Source: Macrostomum hystrix (lineage: Eukaryota; Animalia; Platyhelminthes). Taken from it: 64,000 bases of DNA. The stretch lies in assembly GCA_950097015.1 (NCBI GenBank), contig CATNEN010000039.1, positions 4,836,001-4,900,000 on the forward strand. The letters run 5' to 3'. A program made the translations under genes and the position numbers. Positions 49,339-60,459 of this stretch are shown in pieces (the stretch's first letter is position 1; each line of letters opens with the position of its first letter). Under the pieces are notes generated by a model. That model saw only the letters and a program-made list of their open reading frames with translations. It ran no database searches and was not told the DNA's origin.

Positions 49339-52300
49339 ATGCCTAAAGCAATTCCAGAAAAAAAATTTGTCGAATCTTTCTTTCAAAATAATTATCCTCA
49401 AGCTCAATCGTTTCAACAAAAAAGTCAAGTCCTGCAAGAGCTTTGCAGGCAGAAATTCAATCAAGATCCAGGCTACCTCGGGAGCTATGCAATACAGCAA
49501 GAAGTTATCAATCAGCTTCAATCATCAGAGCAGTACACACCGGTGAAGAAGCCGGCGACTGAGCATCAACAAAAGAGCCGCAGCCTAGTCAATAAGTATG
49601 AGACACTCACAGGTCAAAAAGTGTCGAAATACCCACAGAATAAGCAAGAGCAAGAAGATCTAGAACGTACAATCCACCAGGTTGAAGCAGAGCTACAAGC
49701 AGAAACTGAAGACCTTAAATTTGCACAGAGAAAATTCACAGAGTATTATATTGAGTACACAATCCAGGAAGACACCACAAATTCCCAATCCGACATTTAT
49801 GACTTCAAAGACAGAATTCAATCAGTAATTGATCACACACTGAAGTCACGTAAGACCTTCAAACTTCAGTTATCATTCAAGATTGAATTTTACACGCCTG
49901 CAAAACCCACTGAGCGTCTTGAATACTACATGACTACTAAAGCTCTACCCTTTACTCCCACTGACACACAGGATCCCTTTCTTCAAGAGATCAGTAAAAA
50001 GATTGACGCCTTTACTTCCAGAGGATCAGGTTGGGTTGTCAATGGCATTCAAAAAGCTACAGTAATGATCATGAAATATGACCCTCTCAAAGCTTCATCA
50101 TATATTGAGCTCCCGAAAAAGCTAGCGAGTAAAAAAGCTTGCATCAATGTGCAAAATTGTGACCAATGCTGCGCACTATGGGCCGTTCTGTCTGCAATAT
50201 TGTATGACAAGGATCGAGCCCACCCAGAGAGAACTTCTCATTATCAAGGTTTGTTCCAGCATTATCATCTCATCTGCCATGCTAAAGGAATTTCCTTCAA
50301 TAGAGGCGGCTTGGCAATCGATCAAATCCCAAAGCTAGAGGAAGTCTTTAACAATAAAATCAGAATCAGTCTTTGAATGGAATGAGAAGAGCGAAAAAGT
50401 ACAATTAGTCAGAGCCAGTAAAAACACGCTAGATCCTGAAGGTAGGCGTCGCATAGATGTCGATCTTCTAATCATAGGTGATTTGCGAGAAAATGCCCAC
50501 TACGTTTGGATTAAAGATCTTTCCAGGCTCCTCCACAAGCAAATGAACAATCATCATGAACCGGTAGCAATCTGCCGTCTTTGTCTGAAGCATTATAGTG
50601 GACCCGATCGTGATGAAAAACTTAAAGAGCATGAACTGACCTGTGAAGATCATCCAACCAACTGCACACTTCCAACGGATAAGCATCTCAGATTTAAGAG
50701 TTATCACAAGATGGAGAAGCTCCTGTTTATAGTATACGCTGACTTTGAATGCACTATAAACCCTGAAACCAATAAGCATGTCCCAAATTCTGTTGCATAT
50801 CTCTTTATTGGAAGAGACTCTTTTATTTGCTCAAACTATTGCTCAAACTATTTCTTAGGTGACCAGTGTGTTGAACAATTCATTTACTCGATGATGGAAT
50901 TACAGAAAAATGTTGCTGCCATTCAGCCTGTTCCAATAATTATGTCCGATCAAGATGAAATCGACTTCGGATCTGCAACTCATTGTCACATTTGCCGAAA
51001 GCTATTAACACCCTGCGACGCCAAAAACCACACAGTCAGAGACCACGATCACTTCACAGGAAAATTTAGAGGGGCAGCTCATAACACTTGCAATCTGAAA
51101 CTTCAGAAAAACATCCGCGACCTTACCATTTTCTTCCATAACGGAAGGGGATATGATTATCACTTATTGGTTGAGAAGCTGGGTATGATACCAGGCATTA
51201 AACTAGATTGCATCGCAGAGAACAAAGAAAAGTTCAAGTGCATTGATATTAAGCGAGATTCAGGCAAGATTAAGATCAAAGATTCATTCCAGTTTCTGGC
51301 CGCCAGTCTCGATGCTTTGAGTAAAAATCTCACCGATGACCAATGTACTTATACCAAGATGCTGGCAGATTCCCTCAACCCCAGAACCCCAGATTCATTT
51401 AAGTTTCTTAGAAAGAAAGGTGTCTACCCTTATGAATGTAATCATGTCTTTGCAGAACCACTACCACCCAAGGACAAGTTCTTTTCAAAGCTAACAAACT
51501 CTGGGATTTCTGATGAAGATTATGAGCATGCTCAGACTGTTTACAAACATTTTAATTGTCGAAACTTTCTTGATTATCACATCATTTATCTTTGGACTGA
51601 TGTCTTTCTTCTAGCTGATGTATTTGAAACCTTTAGAAAGACCTGGTACTCTGCTTATGGTCTTGACCCCGCTCATTATGTGTCTTTGCCTGCTACCAGT
51701 TGGGAATCATTGCTTAAAATGAAATGGGATCAAAATCCCAACTGGTACATCGAGCTGCTTACAGACATAGACATGTACAACTTTATAGATTCATCTAAGA
51801 GAGGTGGCATCTCAATTTGTGTCCATAGGCATGCAAAGGCAAACAATCCGTATCTAGAAGACTATGATAAAGAAAAGCCTTCAAACTACATCCTTTACCT
51901 GGATGCCAACAACCTCTATGGTTGGGCTATGAGCCAAGATTTACCTGTTAGAGATTTTAGGTGGCTAACAGAATACAACACAGACTTTTCAATACCTGCG
52001 ATCTATGAAGTTGATGTTGAAATCCCATGGGAACTTCACGACTATTTCTCTGACTTTGCCCCCTTCCCTGAGAACATTAACTGTCCAAAGATAATCCAGT
52101 ACAATGGAAGCTGGCAGCTATCTGAAAAAGAAAAAGAGCATGTGAAAAAGTTAACACTAAATCTCATGAACAAGACACGCTATAAAATCCACTACAAACT
52201 GTTGCGGTATTTTATCTCCCTAGGCTGTAGGGTCACGAAAGTTCACAGAGCTCTCGCATTCACAGAAGAAGCGTGGATGAAGCCATACATAGAAAAAAAC

Positions 52301-53146
52301 ACCCAGTTTAGAACTAAAGCAACAAACAGCTTTGACAAAGACCTGTTCAAGCTTGCAAACAACTCTGTCTATGGCAAGACCCTAGAAAACGAACGCAACC
52401 GCACGAACCTGAAACTCGTTACCTGTCATGAGCATGGTGTCATTCAGACAAGTTTATCAAAGCCCACTTTCAAAGAGCTTCATATCTTTAATGATTACTT
52501 GGGCGCCATACTGTTCTATAAGACTAAAGTTACCCTATGCAAGCCGATATTCACAGGTGTGACTGTACTCGATGAGTCGAAGCGTCTGATGTATACATTC
52601 TTCTATGACATGAAGCGACAATGTGGTGAACAACTGAAACTTCTATATACTGACACAGACTCCCTAATTCTAAACATACAGACTGAGGATGTCTATCAGG
52701 ACATGTTGAATCAAAAACATCTGTATGACCTATCCGAATATCCAGAGTCCTTCAAGACTTTGAAAGGTGATCAAGTACGCGACACTGGAAATCAAAAAGT
52801 TGTAGGAAAAATGAAGGATGAAACGGCTGGCACCCTCATTACAGAGTTTATCAGTTTGAGGGCAAAGTCCTATTTTGTAAAAAGTTGTAAGTCTACCATA
52901 AAAAAATCAAAAGGAATCCCAAAACATGTTGTTAAAAACGATCTCCATGAAGCTTCATACAAGGACGCATTGATCAATAATAAAAACACTACCCATGAAT
53001 TTATGAAACTGCAGTCTAAGAACCACAACATTCACACAATTCAACAGAAGAAGATAGGCCTCTCAGGTGCTGATAACAAACGACATATCTCTGCTGACAA
53101 CATTAGCAGCCTACCATTTGGACACTATAGATTAAATAATTTGTAA
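49339..53146 (+). CDS. polB: Protein-primed family B DNA polymerase with N-terminal terminal-protein/OTU-like region; +1 frame break at 50371-50376
   Basis: GSGW; NCDQCCALWAVL...HYVWI; ExoI YADFE; EndoVII-like CHIC...DHDHFTGKFRGAAHNTCN; HNGRGYD; RKKGVYPY; YLDANNLYG; KLANNSVYGKT; YTDTDS. Confidence 0.95.
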
Positions 53147-53166
53147 CAAAAAATTTGTTAAAAAAA

Positions 53167-53565
53167 ATGACAACTAATATTTATTTAGAAGAGCTGGCTC
53201 AGCAATTAAAAATCCCAAATTTCCGAGGAGTCTTTATGAAGGATACACTGCCAGAAACCCCACTAGAAAAAGAATGTGGAATCATGAACTTTGACCCTGC
53301 AGAAAAGCCAGGTTCTCATTGGGTTTGTTGGGTAATTGATCCGAACCGTAAACACAAGTACTATTACTTTGATAGCTATGGTACGGCCGTGCCTGAAGTG
53401 CTGAGAAATTATACGACTCATATGAGACATAAAATATACCGCTCAGATTTTATACTCCAGGGTATTAACAGTGATATTTGTGGTGAGCTATGTATGACTG
53501 TTTTGTATGCAATGACCCACACCCGAAAGAGTTACAAAGAAATCATTTTAGGGCTGAAAAAATAA
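53167..53565 (+). CDS. Adenain-like cysteine maturation protease
   Basis: GSHWV, YFDSYG and LQ...ICGELC supply His, Asp, Gln and Cys. Confidence 0.9.
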   Translation: MTTNIYLEELAQQLKIPNFRGVFMKDTLPETPLEKECGIMNFDPAEKPGSHWVCWVIDPNRKHKYYYFDSYGTAVPEVLRNYTTHMRHKIYRSDFILQGINSDICGELCMTVLYAMTHTRKSYKEIILGLKK

Positions 53566-53590
53566 GTTTTTTAGGTCCCGTTAGGTCCTG

Positions 53591-54238
53591 TTAGGTCTTG
53601 TTCTTTTTCGCGACATGCTGTTTGAACACATTCTCCAGATCATTTTTTAGCTGGCTCATTTCATCAATGGTATTTAGATTAAGCCTAACTCGTTGCTCAT
53701 AGAGGTCTTGAATGTTTTTAAACTCATCCTCTGAAATGAACTTGTCTTCAATCGCCTTTGAGATGTACCCGATGATAGAGTTCTGTACTGAATTCTCGTT
53801 TGTTTGCTTCGCATGTAGATGCTTTAGCTTTTGTCGTCTGTTCCGTGATAGTGCTCCTGTAACTGCTGAAATCAGACCACATGTGGCACCAGCAGCTCCG
53901 AGTGGAATGGCGATTGGTACAGTGATTACAGGAAGTGTTGAAACAGCAGCTGCTGATCCCGATAGAACAGATACAGATCCAAGAAACATATTAAGGTAAT
54001 CGATGACCTTGCACTCTCTATTATAGCGCTTCAGTTTCTTGGTATTATGATCAATTTGCCGTTCAATATCATCTCGCATCTTTTGAATCTCCACCAATCT
54101 GAATTGCTGCGAGTTGCAAGTGAAAGTTGGGTAAAGGGGTTGGTAAGGAGCACTAGGTTGGTAGTTTGAAGGAGCACTAGGTTGGTAAGGAGCACTAGGT
54201 TGCTCTTGATCATATAGCGAGTTTTTTTTTTCAGACAT
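53591..54238 (-). CDS. Polinton protein with central hydrophobic hairpin (candidate membrane-active protein) and N-terminal QPSAPY repeats
   Basis: FRLVEIQ...hydrophobic stretch...IS.AIED.FISEDEF resembles a widespread Polinton/adintovirus ORF (recalled, not searched). Confidence 0.55.
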   Translation of the reverse strand: MSEKKNSLYDQEQPSAPYQPSAPSNYQPSAPYQPLYPTFTCNSQQFRLVEIQKMRDDIERQIDHNTKKLKRYNRECKVIDYLNMFLGSVSVLSGSAAAVSTLPVITVPIAIPLGAAGATCGLISAVTGALSRNRRQKLKHLHAKQTNENSVQNSIIGYISKAIEDKFISEDEFKNIQDLYEQRVRLNLNTIDEMSQLKNDLENVFKQHVAKKNKT

Positions 54239-54827
54239 TTATTGAACGAAAAAAAATATATAATTTTTTATGACCTTTCCTTTCTCGCAAATCTGTTGCA
54301 CGCCTTGCCGCCTCCCTTGATGCCTCTTCTGATGGTCCATCAGATACTCTTGCTTCTTCAATGTCAATGTCTGGCAGATTGTGCAGTCTCTCTAGTCGGC
54401 CGAGTCTTCTTTTCGTTTTCCCCCAGTCGTTGTATATCCTATTCAAATACTCAGTGTGTCTTGTTACGTTTAGCCCCATGGGTCTTATTGTTTCCTTTGT
54501 TTCATTTGCTAGTCTCTGAAGAGTTGTTATATCTGACTCTGCTGCTGTGAGTCGCGAACTCAATCTATCATGCACAGTGCTTGATCTTAGCATAAAGGCT
54601 TCTAAATTTCGAACTTTATTTGAATTTTCTGTTACTCTTTCTTCCACCAAGTTTGCTCGATTATTAATGGCAGTTCTCAGAGTGACGATGTCTGATCTCA
54701 GAGTGGCGATGTCTGATCTTAGAGTGGGTATCGCTGCAACAAGAGTATCCCGATCATGAGCAAACTGTACATATAGCATGTCAATCTCTTCCTTCCGCTT
54801 TGCTATGCTCAACCGCAGGTCTTCCAT
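54231..54827 (-). CDS. Coiled-coil hypothetical protein
   Basis: Heptad repeats (IATLRSD x3); 198 aa. Confidence 0.55.
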   Translation of the reverse strand: MEDLRLSIAKRKEEIDMLYVQFAHDRDTLVAAIPTLRSDIATLRSDIVTLRTAINNRANLVEERVTENSNKVRNLEAFMLRSSTVHDRLSSRLTAAESDITTLQRLANETKETIRPMGLNVTRHTEYLNRIYNDWGKTKRRLGRLERLHNLPDIDIEEARVSDGPSEEASREAARRATDLRERKGHKKLYIFFRSINV

Positions 54828-55025
54828 GTTTATTTGTCGTTGGTGTGTTGCCCGCTCTAGGGCTTTTAAGCGATCTTTAATGAGTTTGATTTCTGGAATT
54901 TTTCGTCAACATTTATATAACGCCTGTCAAGGTAAGAAACTTGAGCACTAGTGAGTGTGCTTCCGCGATCCAACGATTCACCTGCAAAATTAATAGACAT
55001 TTTTTAATAGAAATTTTAAATTAAT

Positions 55026-55826
55026 TTAAATTACAGTTCTTTTTTCTTTGTTGATCATCACAAACTGGTAAGGTTGATTCCACTTTTCATAGCAAAGATT
55101 AACGAATTCCTCCTGTGAAATCTTTCTGTTGGAGTTTTTTGTTGGATTTACAAAATAGGCAGGCGCAATGACCTCATTGTAAAATCTTTTTAGCCTGTCC
55201 TGTGGAATTGTTGGAAACAGGAGGATCAGATTGCAGTTCCCACGAATTGTTTTGTTCGGGAGCTCGAACCAGTTCTGGGCAATGTAAATTACGTTACAAT
55301 TGTTATGCCGTCCTCTTGTAAAATAGTTTTCTATCTGCTTCTGCGGGCCTGTCATACAATCATCAAAGACAATCAAATGTTTTCTCCCCTTTTCTAGCTC
55401 ATCTGGTTGGGGTAGAAGTTTGGTCTTAGGATCAACCTGCGGATCTCCATAGGTGAACACTTTAATGTTCTGCCATTTTTCATTGTCTTTGAGGTACTTT
55501 GCATATTCGGCAGCTACAATTTCTGGGTTACTGGGAAGGCTCTTTTGGTTATTAAAACATTGAATAATGTGCTCTTTGTGCAGTCTGTTTTGCAGTCCAG
55601 AGATCAACATTTTATACTCATCTTGATACAGGGTGGGAGAGTAGATGTGCAGAGTGTCATAGTCGATAAAACCAGGTCTAAGAAGCATGTTAAAGACTCT
55701 GAATGTTTTGCCTGAACCTGATGAACCAACAACAATGCATCTGAAGTGACTCGGGATTGACTCATGATGAGAAAACTTAATCTGATTACGTGTCCAGTGA
55801 GGATTGAAGTCGTTTGAAAAGTCCAT
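55026..55826 (-). CDS. A32/FtsK-like packaging ATPase
   Basis: Walker A GSSGSGKT, Walker B LIVFDDCM, RGRHNN, IAQNWF, IRGN. Confidence 0.93.
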   Translation of the reverse strand: MDFSNDFNPHWTRNQIKFSHHESIPSHFRCIVVGSSGSGKTFRVFNMLLRPGFIDYDTLHIYSPTLYQDEYKMLISGLQNRLHKEHIIQCFNNQKSLPSNPEIVAAEYAKYLKDNEKWQNIKVFTYGDPQVDPKTKLLPQPDELEKGRKHLIVFDDCMTGPQKQIENYFTRGRHNNCNVIYIAQNWFELPNKTIRGNCNLILLFPTIPQDRLKRFYNEVIAPAYFVNPTKNSNRKISQEEFVNLCYEKWNQPYQFVMINKEKRTVI

Positions 55827-55869
55827 TTTTCTATGATGAAAAATAAATAAAAAAAGTAAATCATTTATA

Positions 55870-56190
55870 AGATGTGTCTTTTTGGGACTTAGATGTGTCT
55901 ATTTGGGACTTAGATGTGTCTATTTGGGACTTAGATGTGTCTATTTGGGACTTAGATCTGTCTATTTGGGACTTAGATGTGTCTATTTAGGACTTAGATG
56001 TGTCTTTTTGGGACTTAGATGTGTCTATTTGGGACTTAGATGTGTCTATTTGGGATTTAGATGTGTCTATTTGGGACTTAGATGTGTCTATTTGGGACTT
56101 AGATGTGTCTATTTGGGACTTAGATGTGTCTATTTAGGACTTAGATGTGTCTATTTGGGACTTAGATGTGTCTATTTGGGACTTAGATGA
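55870..56190. repeat. 21-bp tandem repeat (x~15) inside the Polinton
   Basis: CTATTTGGGACTTAGATGTGT units just upstream of the ATPase start. Confidence 0.95.
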
Positions 56191-56247
56191 GTCTTTTTAG
56201 GACTAGTCTTGTACCCTTACATGTCTTGTACCCTCGAAAAGCACCCT

Positions 56248-56640
56248 TTAGTCGAATTTGAAACCACTTCCTTTTTTAATGCTAGCTCTCATCTTCTCGT
56301 AGATTGCAGGGTCCACACTGTCTGGATTCGGGGCCAGCGGAGCCAGCGGAGCCAATGGGGCCAATGGTGGCTGAATATCTTGTGTTACAGTATCCTTTAT
56401 CTTTTTAGCCGCAGTGACAACGCTTCCCACAGATTCAGCCACGTTCTTAATATTATCTTTGTTCTCACTAATGACTTTAAAGACCCGAGCACCCTGTGCA
56501 ATCATGTCAGCAAGACCATTCCCGGAGCGTTCTTTCCTCGGATAGTGGCCTGCCGGGAAAAGTCCGGATCCACGCTTAATTAGATTAAGTTCCTCCTTGT
56601 CATAGTATTTGTCCACGTCTTTTTCGAAAATAATCGGCAT
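56248..56640 (-). CDS. Small putative virion core protein with GxG motifs
   Basis: KRGSGL, RSGNGL, KKGSGF, amphipathic central segment, APL repeats. Confidence 0.5.
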   Translation of the reverse strand: MPIIFEKDVDKYYDKEELNLIKRGSGLFPAGHYPRKERSGNGLADMIAQGARVFKVISENKDNIKNVAESVGSVVTAAKKIKDTVTQDIQPPLAPLAPLAPLAPNPDSVDPAIYEKMRASIKKGSGFKFD

Positions 56641-56657
56641 TTTTATTAGGGAAGAAA

Positions 56658-57794
56658 TTATTTTTTGTTAAAACGTGAAAGCAGAAGCTCTCTTGCCCGT
56701 TTGTCGATATACTTCTTTTCCATCATTTTGTCCAGGATGTTGACAAATTCTTTTCTATTTTCGTCTTTCATGCCAGTCTTTGCAGCTCCAAGAAGAACAG
56801 CCACTCGCTTATAGATGTCAGAAATTCCTTTTCCAGTGGGGTTTTCAAGAAATGATTGGTCAGTGGAGGACTGGTCGGTGGAGGACTGGGGTGAACTCTC
56901 AACTGTTCTTTGTTGTGGTGTGAACACTCTTGCGTTGACTTTATTCATTCGAGCTGGGGAGAAATTTTCTAGTTGTTGCCAGGTATCCGGGTACTTACTC
57001 TTATAATTAGCTACTTGAGTCGGATCTGCATTTTCCAGTTGCCTGAGTATGTCTTCGGGTGTTGATTCAGATGCTTGTTGCTGCTGCGGCGGTTGCTGTT
57101 CTAGATATTTTATGGCATCTTCTTGATCTGGCAAACCAAACCATTGTTTAAAATGCTTGTACTTTTTGAATGTAGTCAGGATGACACCGTTGTCATGCAT
57201 TATTTTCAGAACTTGTGGGACCTTTAGTATTTCTATGTCTCTTGCAAGAGCAAAACTCACTAGATCTCTATAGTTCTTTAGCTGCTTGTCCGAAATTTTC
57301 TCTTGGTTCTTAGTCATAAAATTCAGTAAGGTTTCTGTGTAAATTATTCTCTTAGTTTCTGAGCCTTTGACAACAGAAATATGGTTCTTATTTATGTCGA
57401 TATAATATTCCACTGGTTCATTAAAAATGTTTTTTCTCCACATGCTTATTCCAAATACATATTTCCCATCATGTTCTACACGTTCTACTGGTCCAAAAAT
57501 GTTATCCGTTACTTTTAGTGATTGATGCGATTCTGCAGATTGTTGTATCTGCGGTGCTTCTGGAATTTTGTCCAAAGCCTTTTGCACCTGGGTTTCCTGT
57601 ATGTCGTCAATAATTTCTTTGACTTGATCAATATTTTTCTTGGCTTCTCCATACCCGGGTTTATGAAACTCTGTGGCTGCTTGGACAAACTCATTGTAGG
57701 ATTGTTGCTCCTTATTGATTAGCCCGGTAACTCTCTTTTCTGCTTGTGCTAGCTTCTCCAATTCAGATATTTGGTGCGCATTTTTTCGCTTCAT
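56658..57794 (-). CDS. Polinton hypothetical protein (378 aa) with helical C-terminal motif
   Basis: Ends TGKGI..YKRVAVLLGAAKTG...EFVNILDKM, resembling a C-terminal motif common in Polinton ORFs. Confidence 0.55.
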   Translation of the reverse strand: MKRKNAHQISELEKLAQAEKRVTGLINKEQQSYNEFVQAATEFHKPGYGEAKKNIDQVKEIIDDIQETQVQKALDKIPEAPQIQQSAESHQSLKVTDNIFGPVERVEHDGKYVFGISMWRKNIFNEPVEYYIDINKNHISVVKGSETKRIIYTETLLNFMTKNQEKISDKQLKNYRDLVSFALARDIEILKVPQVLKIMHDNGVILTTFKKYKHFKQWFGLPDQEDAIKYLEQQPPQQQQASESTPEDILRQLENADPTQVANYKSKYPDTWQQLENFSPARMNKVNARVFTPQQRTVESSPQSSTDQSSTDQSFLENPTGKGISDIYKRVAVLLGAAKTGMKDENRKEFVNILDKMMEKKYIDKRARELLLSRFNKK

Positions 57795-57827
57795 TTTTTA
57801 TTTTATTTTTTTTTAGTTTAAAAAAAA

Positions 57828-59113
57828 TGAACGACCCACTGACACCAGTTTTCTACAAAATTAACAAGCCTATTTTGAGTGATGATAGCACAATCAAAGC
57901 GACTCAAGTAAGAGTTCCCAGTCAGGAAAATCAGAATGAAACTAATCTTGGTCCTGGTCAAACACTGACATTCACCTACAATGGATGTTCGTCTCTGGTT
58001 AGTGTGCACAGTCTTAAGAGCGGCTTCCATATGACATTTCAATTCAAGACAAAGGGAGGTGCGGATGCAGCTCATGCTAACGTTGACAAGCATGATGCAG
58101 ATGTGGCTCTGATTAGTAACTTTTGGGCGTACATGTTCAAGGAGTTTAGCGTATCGAATGGGAGCACAGAGTTGGAGCGAATCGCCAACTTTGGAATTGT
58201 CTATGACGCTCATTGTTTGATCGAGAATCCAGATTTTATTCAGTTGGGGAGTGGTGCAGGTTTCATCGCAGATGAAAAAGAAGGAGATATCAATGACAGT
58301 GGCTATAAAAAGAGGAAGAAGAGATACAACTATGCATTGCAAGGTGCTGATGATGCTGCTAAGAACCCGCTGTATCGGTCTGTTGATGTATTCGTACCAC
58401 TGAGATTCATGAGTGGATTCTGTAATACATTTAATCGACTGACTAGTAATTTCAGCTACACCTTTAAGATGACTAGAGATGATCGCAGTAGAGTGTTGTG
58501 GACTGGGGCGGACCACACTAGGATGGAAGTGAAGCTAACCGGAATCGAGCTGTATTTGGAAGTCATTGAGCCAAAGACCGCACTAAAAGCAGATTATCTC
58601 AAGGCAATAGAGAAGGACATTGATGTCGCCTACACGGCCTACATGTGTCGAGATGAGCGAAACGAAACCAGAACAAACATCTGCATTAAAGAGGGATCAT
58701 GCAGCAATCCAAGGTATATTATTATTAACATGAGAAACCCAAATAACATTATACGCTACATGCATGGAGATGTGCGGTCCATTCAGCATGAAATCAGTGA
58801 TAATCTTTACCCTGCACTGCCACAAAATGGAAATTTCAGTCAGAACAAGATTAGCAAATTTTACAGCGAGTTGGTCGACTTGGCTGTGAAAGAGAACAAT
58901 GGAATTGCTATCACTGCTCTTCAATATGGAACTCTTTATCCGATGTTTGGCGCTGATGTGTCTGCCAGACAAATGCCTACTGATAACAGCCCTGTGAATA
59001 TCGTGACTAACATTGAGAGGACTGCCGCAACTGCTGTTGACCTGTACATTATCTATGCGTTCGAGAGGAAGGTGAAGCTTAACATGATCAACAATTCATC
59101 CAGTAAAGTTTAA
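57828..59113 (+). CDS. Major capsid protein (double jelly-roll, hexon-like)
   Basis: ~428 aa, beta-rich; SDDSTI N-terminus, VPLRFMSGFC, NPRYIII, LYPMFGADVS; adjacent to the minor capsid gene. Confidence 0.82.
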
Positions 59114-59135
59114 ATATTTTTTTCGGGGCTGAAAA

Positions 59136-59933
59136 ATGGAAGCGATTGCTGAAAGACTAAATAATATTATTTCTCACTCTAAGGAGAGCATTCCTATTAC
59201 AATAGCTGGGCGAATTAATGACCCAAACGGGATATTTGTTGAAAAATTAGAGCAGGCGATTCGCCTGGATCCAAGTGCTAATTACCATGTATATCTTAAC
59301 GACTTCACTGGTTGGTCAAACGTTCCCAATGTGACGGCAGCAAATAATAAGTTTCATTACAAATTGAACGGTGTAGCAGCTGAAGCTGTGGTATTCCCTG
59401 TGAGCACGCAAAGTGTGGATACCTACAATTACTTTCTAGAAAATATTTTTACTAAAAGAGGCCATTTTGAAACACCCAATGAGAGCAAGCCAGAGAAGAA
59501 ACTGTTCCCTGTCAAACTATCCCATGATCTCACTACAATGAGAGTGGTCATGCAAGTTCACAAAGATGCTGAGGTTGAATTTAAAGATGACACATGGTAT
59601 AGGGAATTGGGATTCGAGAAGAAAGTTTATAAAAGCGGTCTGTTCTTAGCACCCAATATCGCAGACATTGTAAAGGGTTTGAATTTTCTAATCAGAAGTA
59701 ATCTCAGTCTTGATTGGGTATTTAAGGGGAAGCGAACGAATATTTTGTACAACATCTCAAACTCTGTTCCTGGAGGACAGATGCTGGTAGAGAAACCAAA
59801 TCCAGTGAAAAGAGTTGTGCTAAGTAATAAGGAGATTCACGAGATTGTGCTGCAGTTTAAGACGGAAGATGGTGTTGGCGTTGATTTCAACGGTGAAGAG
59901 TTTGTATTGACGTTGATCATTGAGAGAATGTAA
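59136..59933 (+). CDS. Minor capsid protein (penton-like)
   Basis: WSNVPNVTAANNKFHY, ELGF, VPGGQMLVEKP and DGVGVDFNGEEFVLTL are Polinton penton-type motifs. Confidence 0.85.
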   Translation: MEAIAERLNNIISHSKESIPITIAGRINDPNGIFVEKLEQAIRLDPSANYHVYLNDFTGWSNVPNVTAANNKFHYKLNGVAAEAVVFPVSTQSVDTYNYFLENIFTKRGHFETPNESKPEKKLFPVKLSHDLTTMRVVMQVHKDAEVEFKDDTWYRELGFEKKVYKSGLFLAPNIADIVKGLNFLIRSNLSLDWVFKGKRTNILYNISNSVPGGQMLVEKPNPVKRVVLSNKEIHEIVLQFKTEDGVGVDFNGEEFVLTLIIERM

Positions 59934-60459
59934 GCTGCTTAATGATTTCTGCAAAGTTATAGTAGCTGTCATAGTCCTTTATGGTTACTCCATACTTATG
60001 AAACCAGTGTCTTTGGAGAGCTTGATTAATATTAGGGACATTGATATCCACGCCGGGCCAATATTTTCTCATGTACTCGCTGCATTCTTGTTTGCATCGG
60101 TATTTACTCTTGTAATTAGGCTCATGACTTTTGTAATAAGATCCTGGAGAGACGGTTGGGAGCATTTTTTATGAGAATATAATTTTTTTTTCGGAGGATG
60201 AGCACCCTAGGTTTGGGGTCTTGAGTTTGGGGATTGGGATTTTAGTGCTAATTTGATTGTCTTGGCACGCTTTTTGCAGCTTCGCTATTTTGTGCATGAT
60301 CTCTTAGGGAGTGGCTGCGATAATTTTTTTTGTCCAAGTTCACAAACTGGAAAGTATTTTTTTTGGCGGGGAACCTTTTTCCTTCAGGAAAGGTAATGGT
60401 TTGTGCATTAAGGAGGCTGCGATAATTTTTGTCCTAGAAGCCCCCTCTTGCATACTACT
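59770..60459. repeat. Polinton right TIR (690 bp)
   Basis: Inverted match to the left TIR, lacking 164 bp; overlaps the 3' end of the penton gene. Confidence 0.92.

Larger units (their letters stand above)
45161..60459. mobile_element. Polinton/Maverick (adintovirus-like endogenous virus), 15,299 bp
   Basis: AGTAGT...ACTACT termini, long TIRs, 6-bp TSD TCATCA (45155-45160 and 60460-60465), and the full hallmark gene set. Confidence 0.96.

Noticed and set aside
55870-56190. Possible CRISPR-like array or 102-aa ORF
   Set aside because: Head-to-tail repeats with no spacers, no cas genes, and a eukaryotic context.
57818-58516. 232-aa antisense ORF within MCP, and similar shadow ORFs over pol, FkbM and FUBP
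   Set aside because: Antisense shadows of real genes with no motifs of their own.
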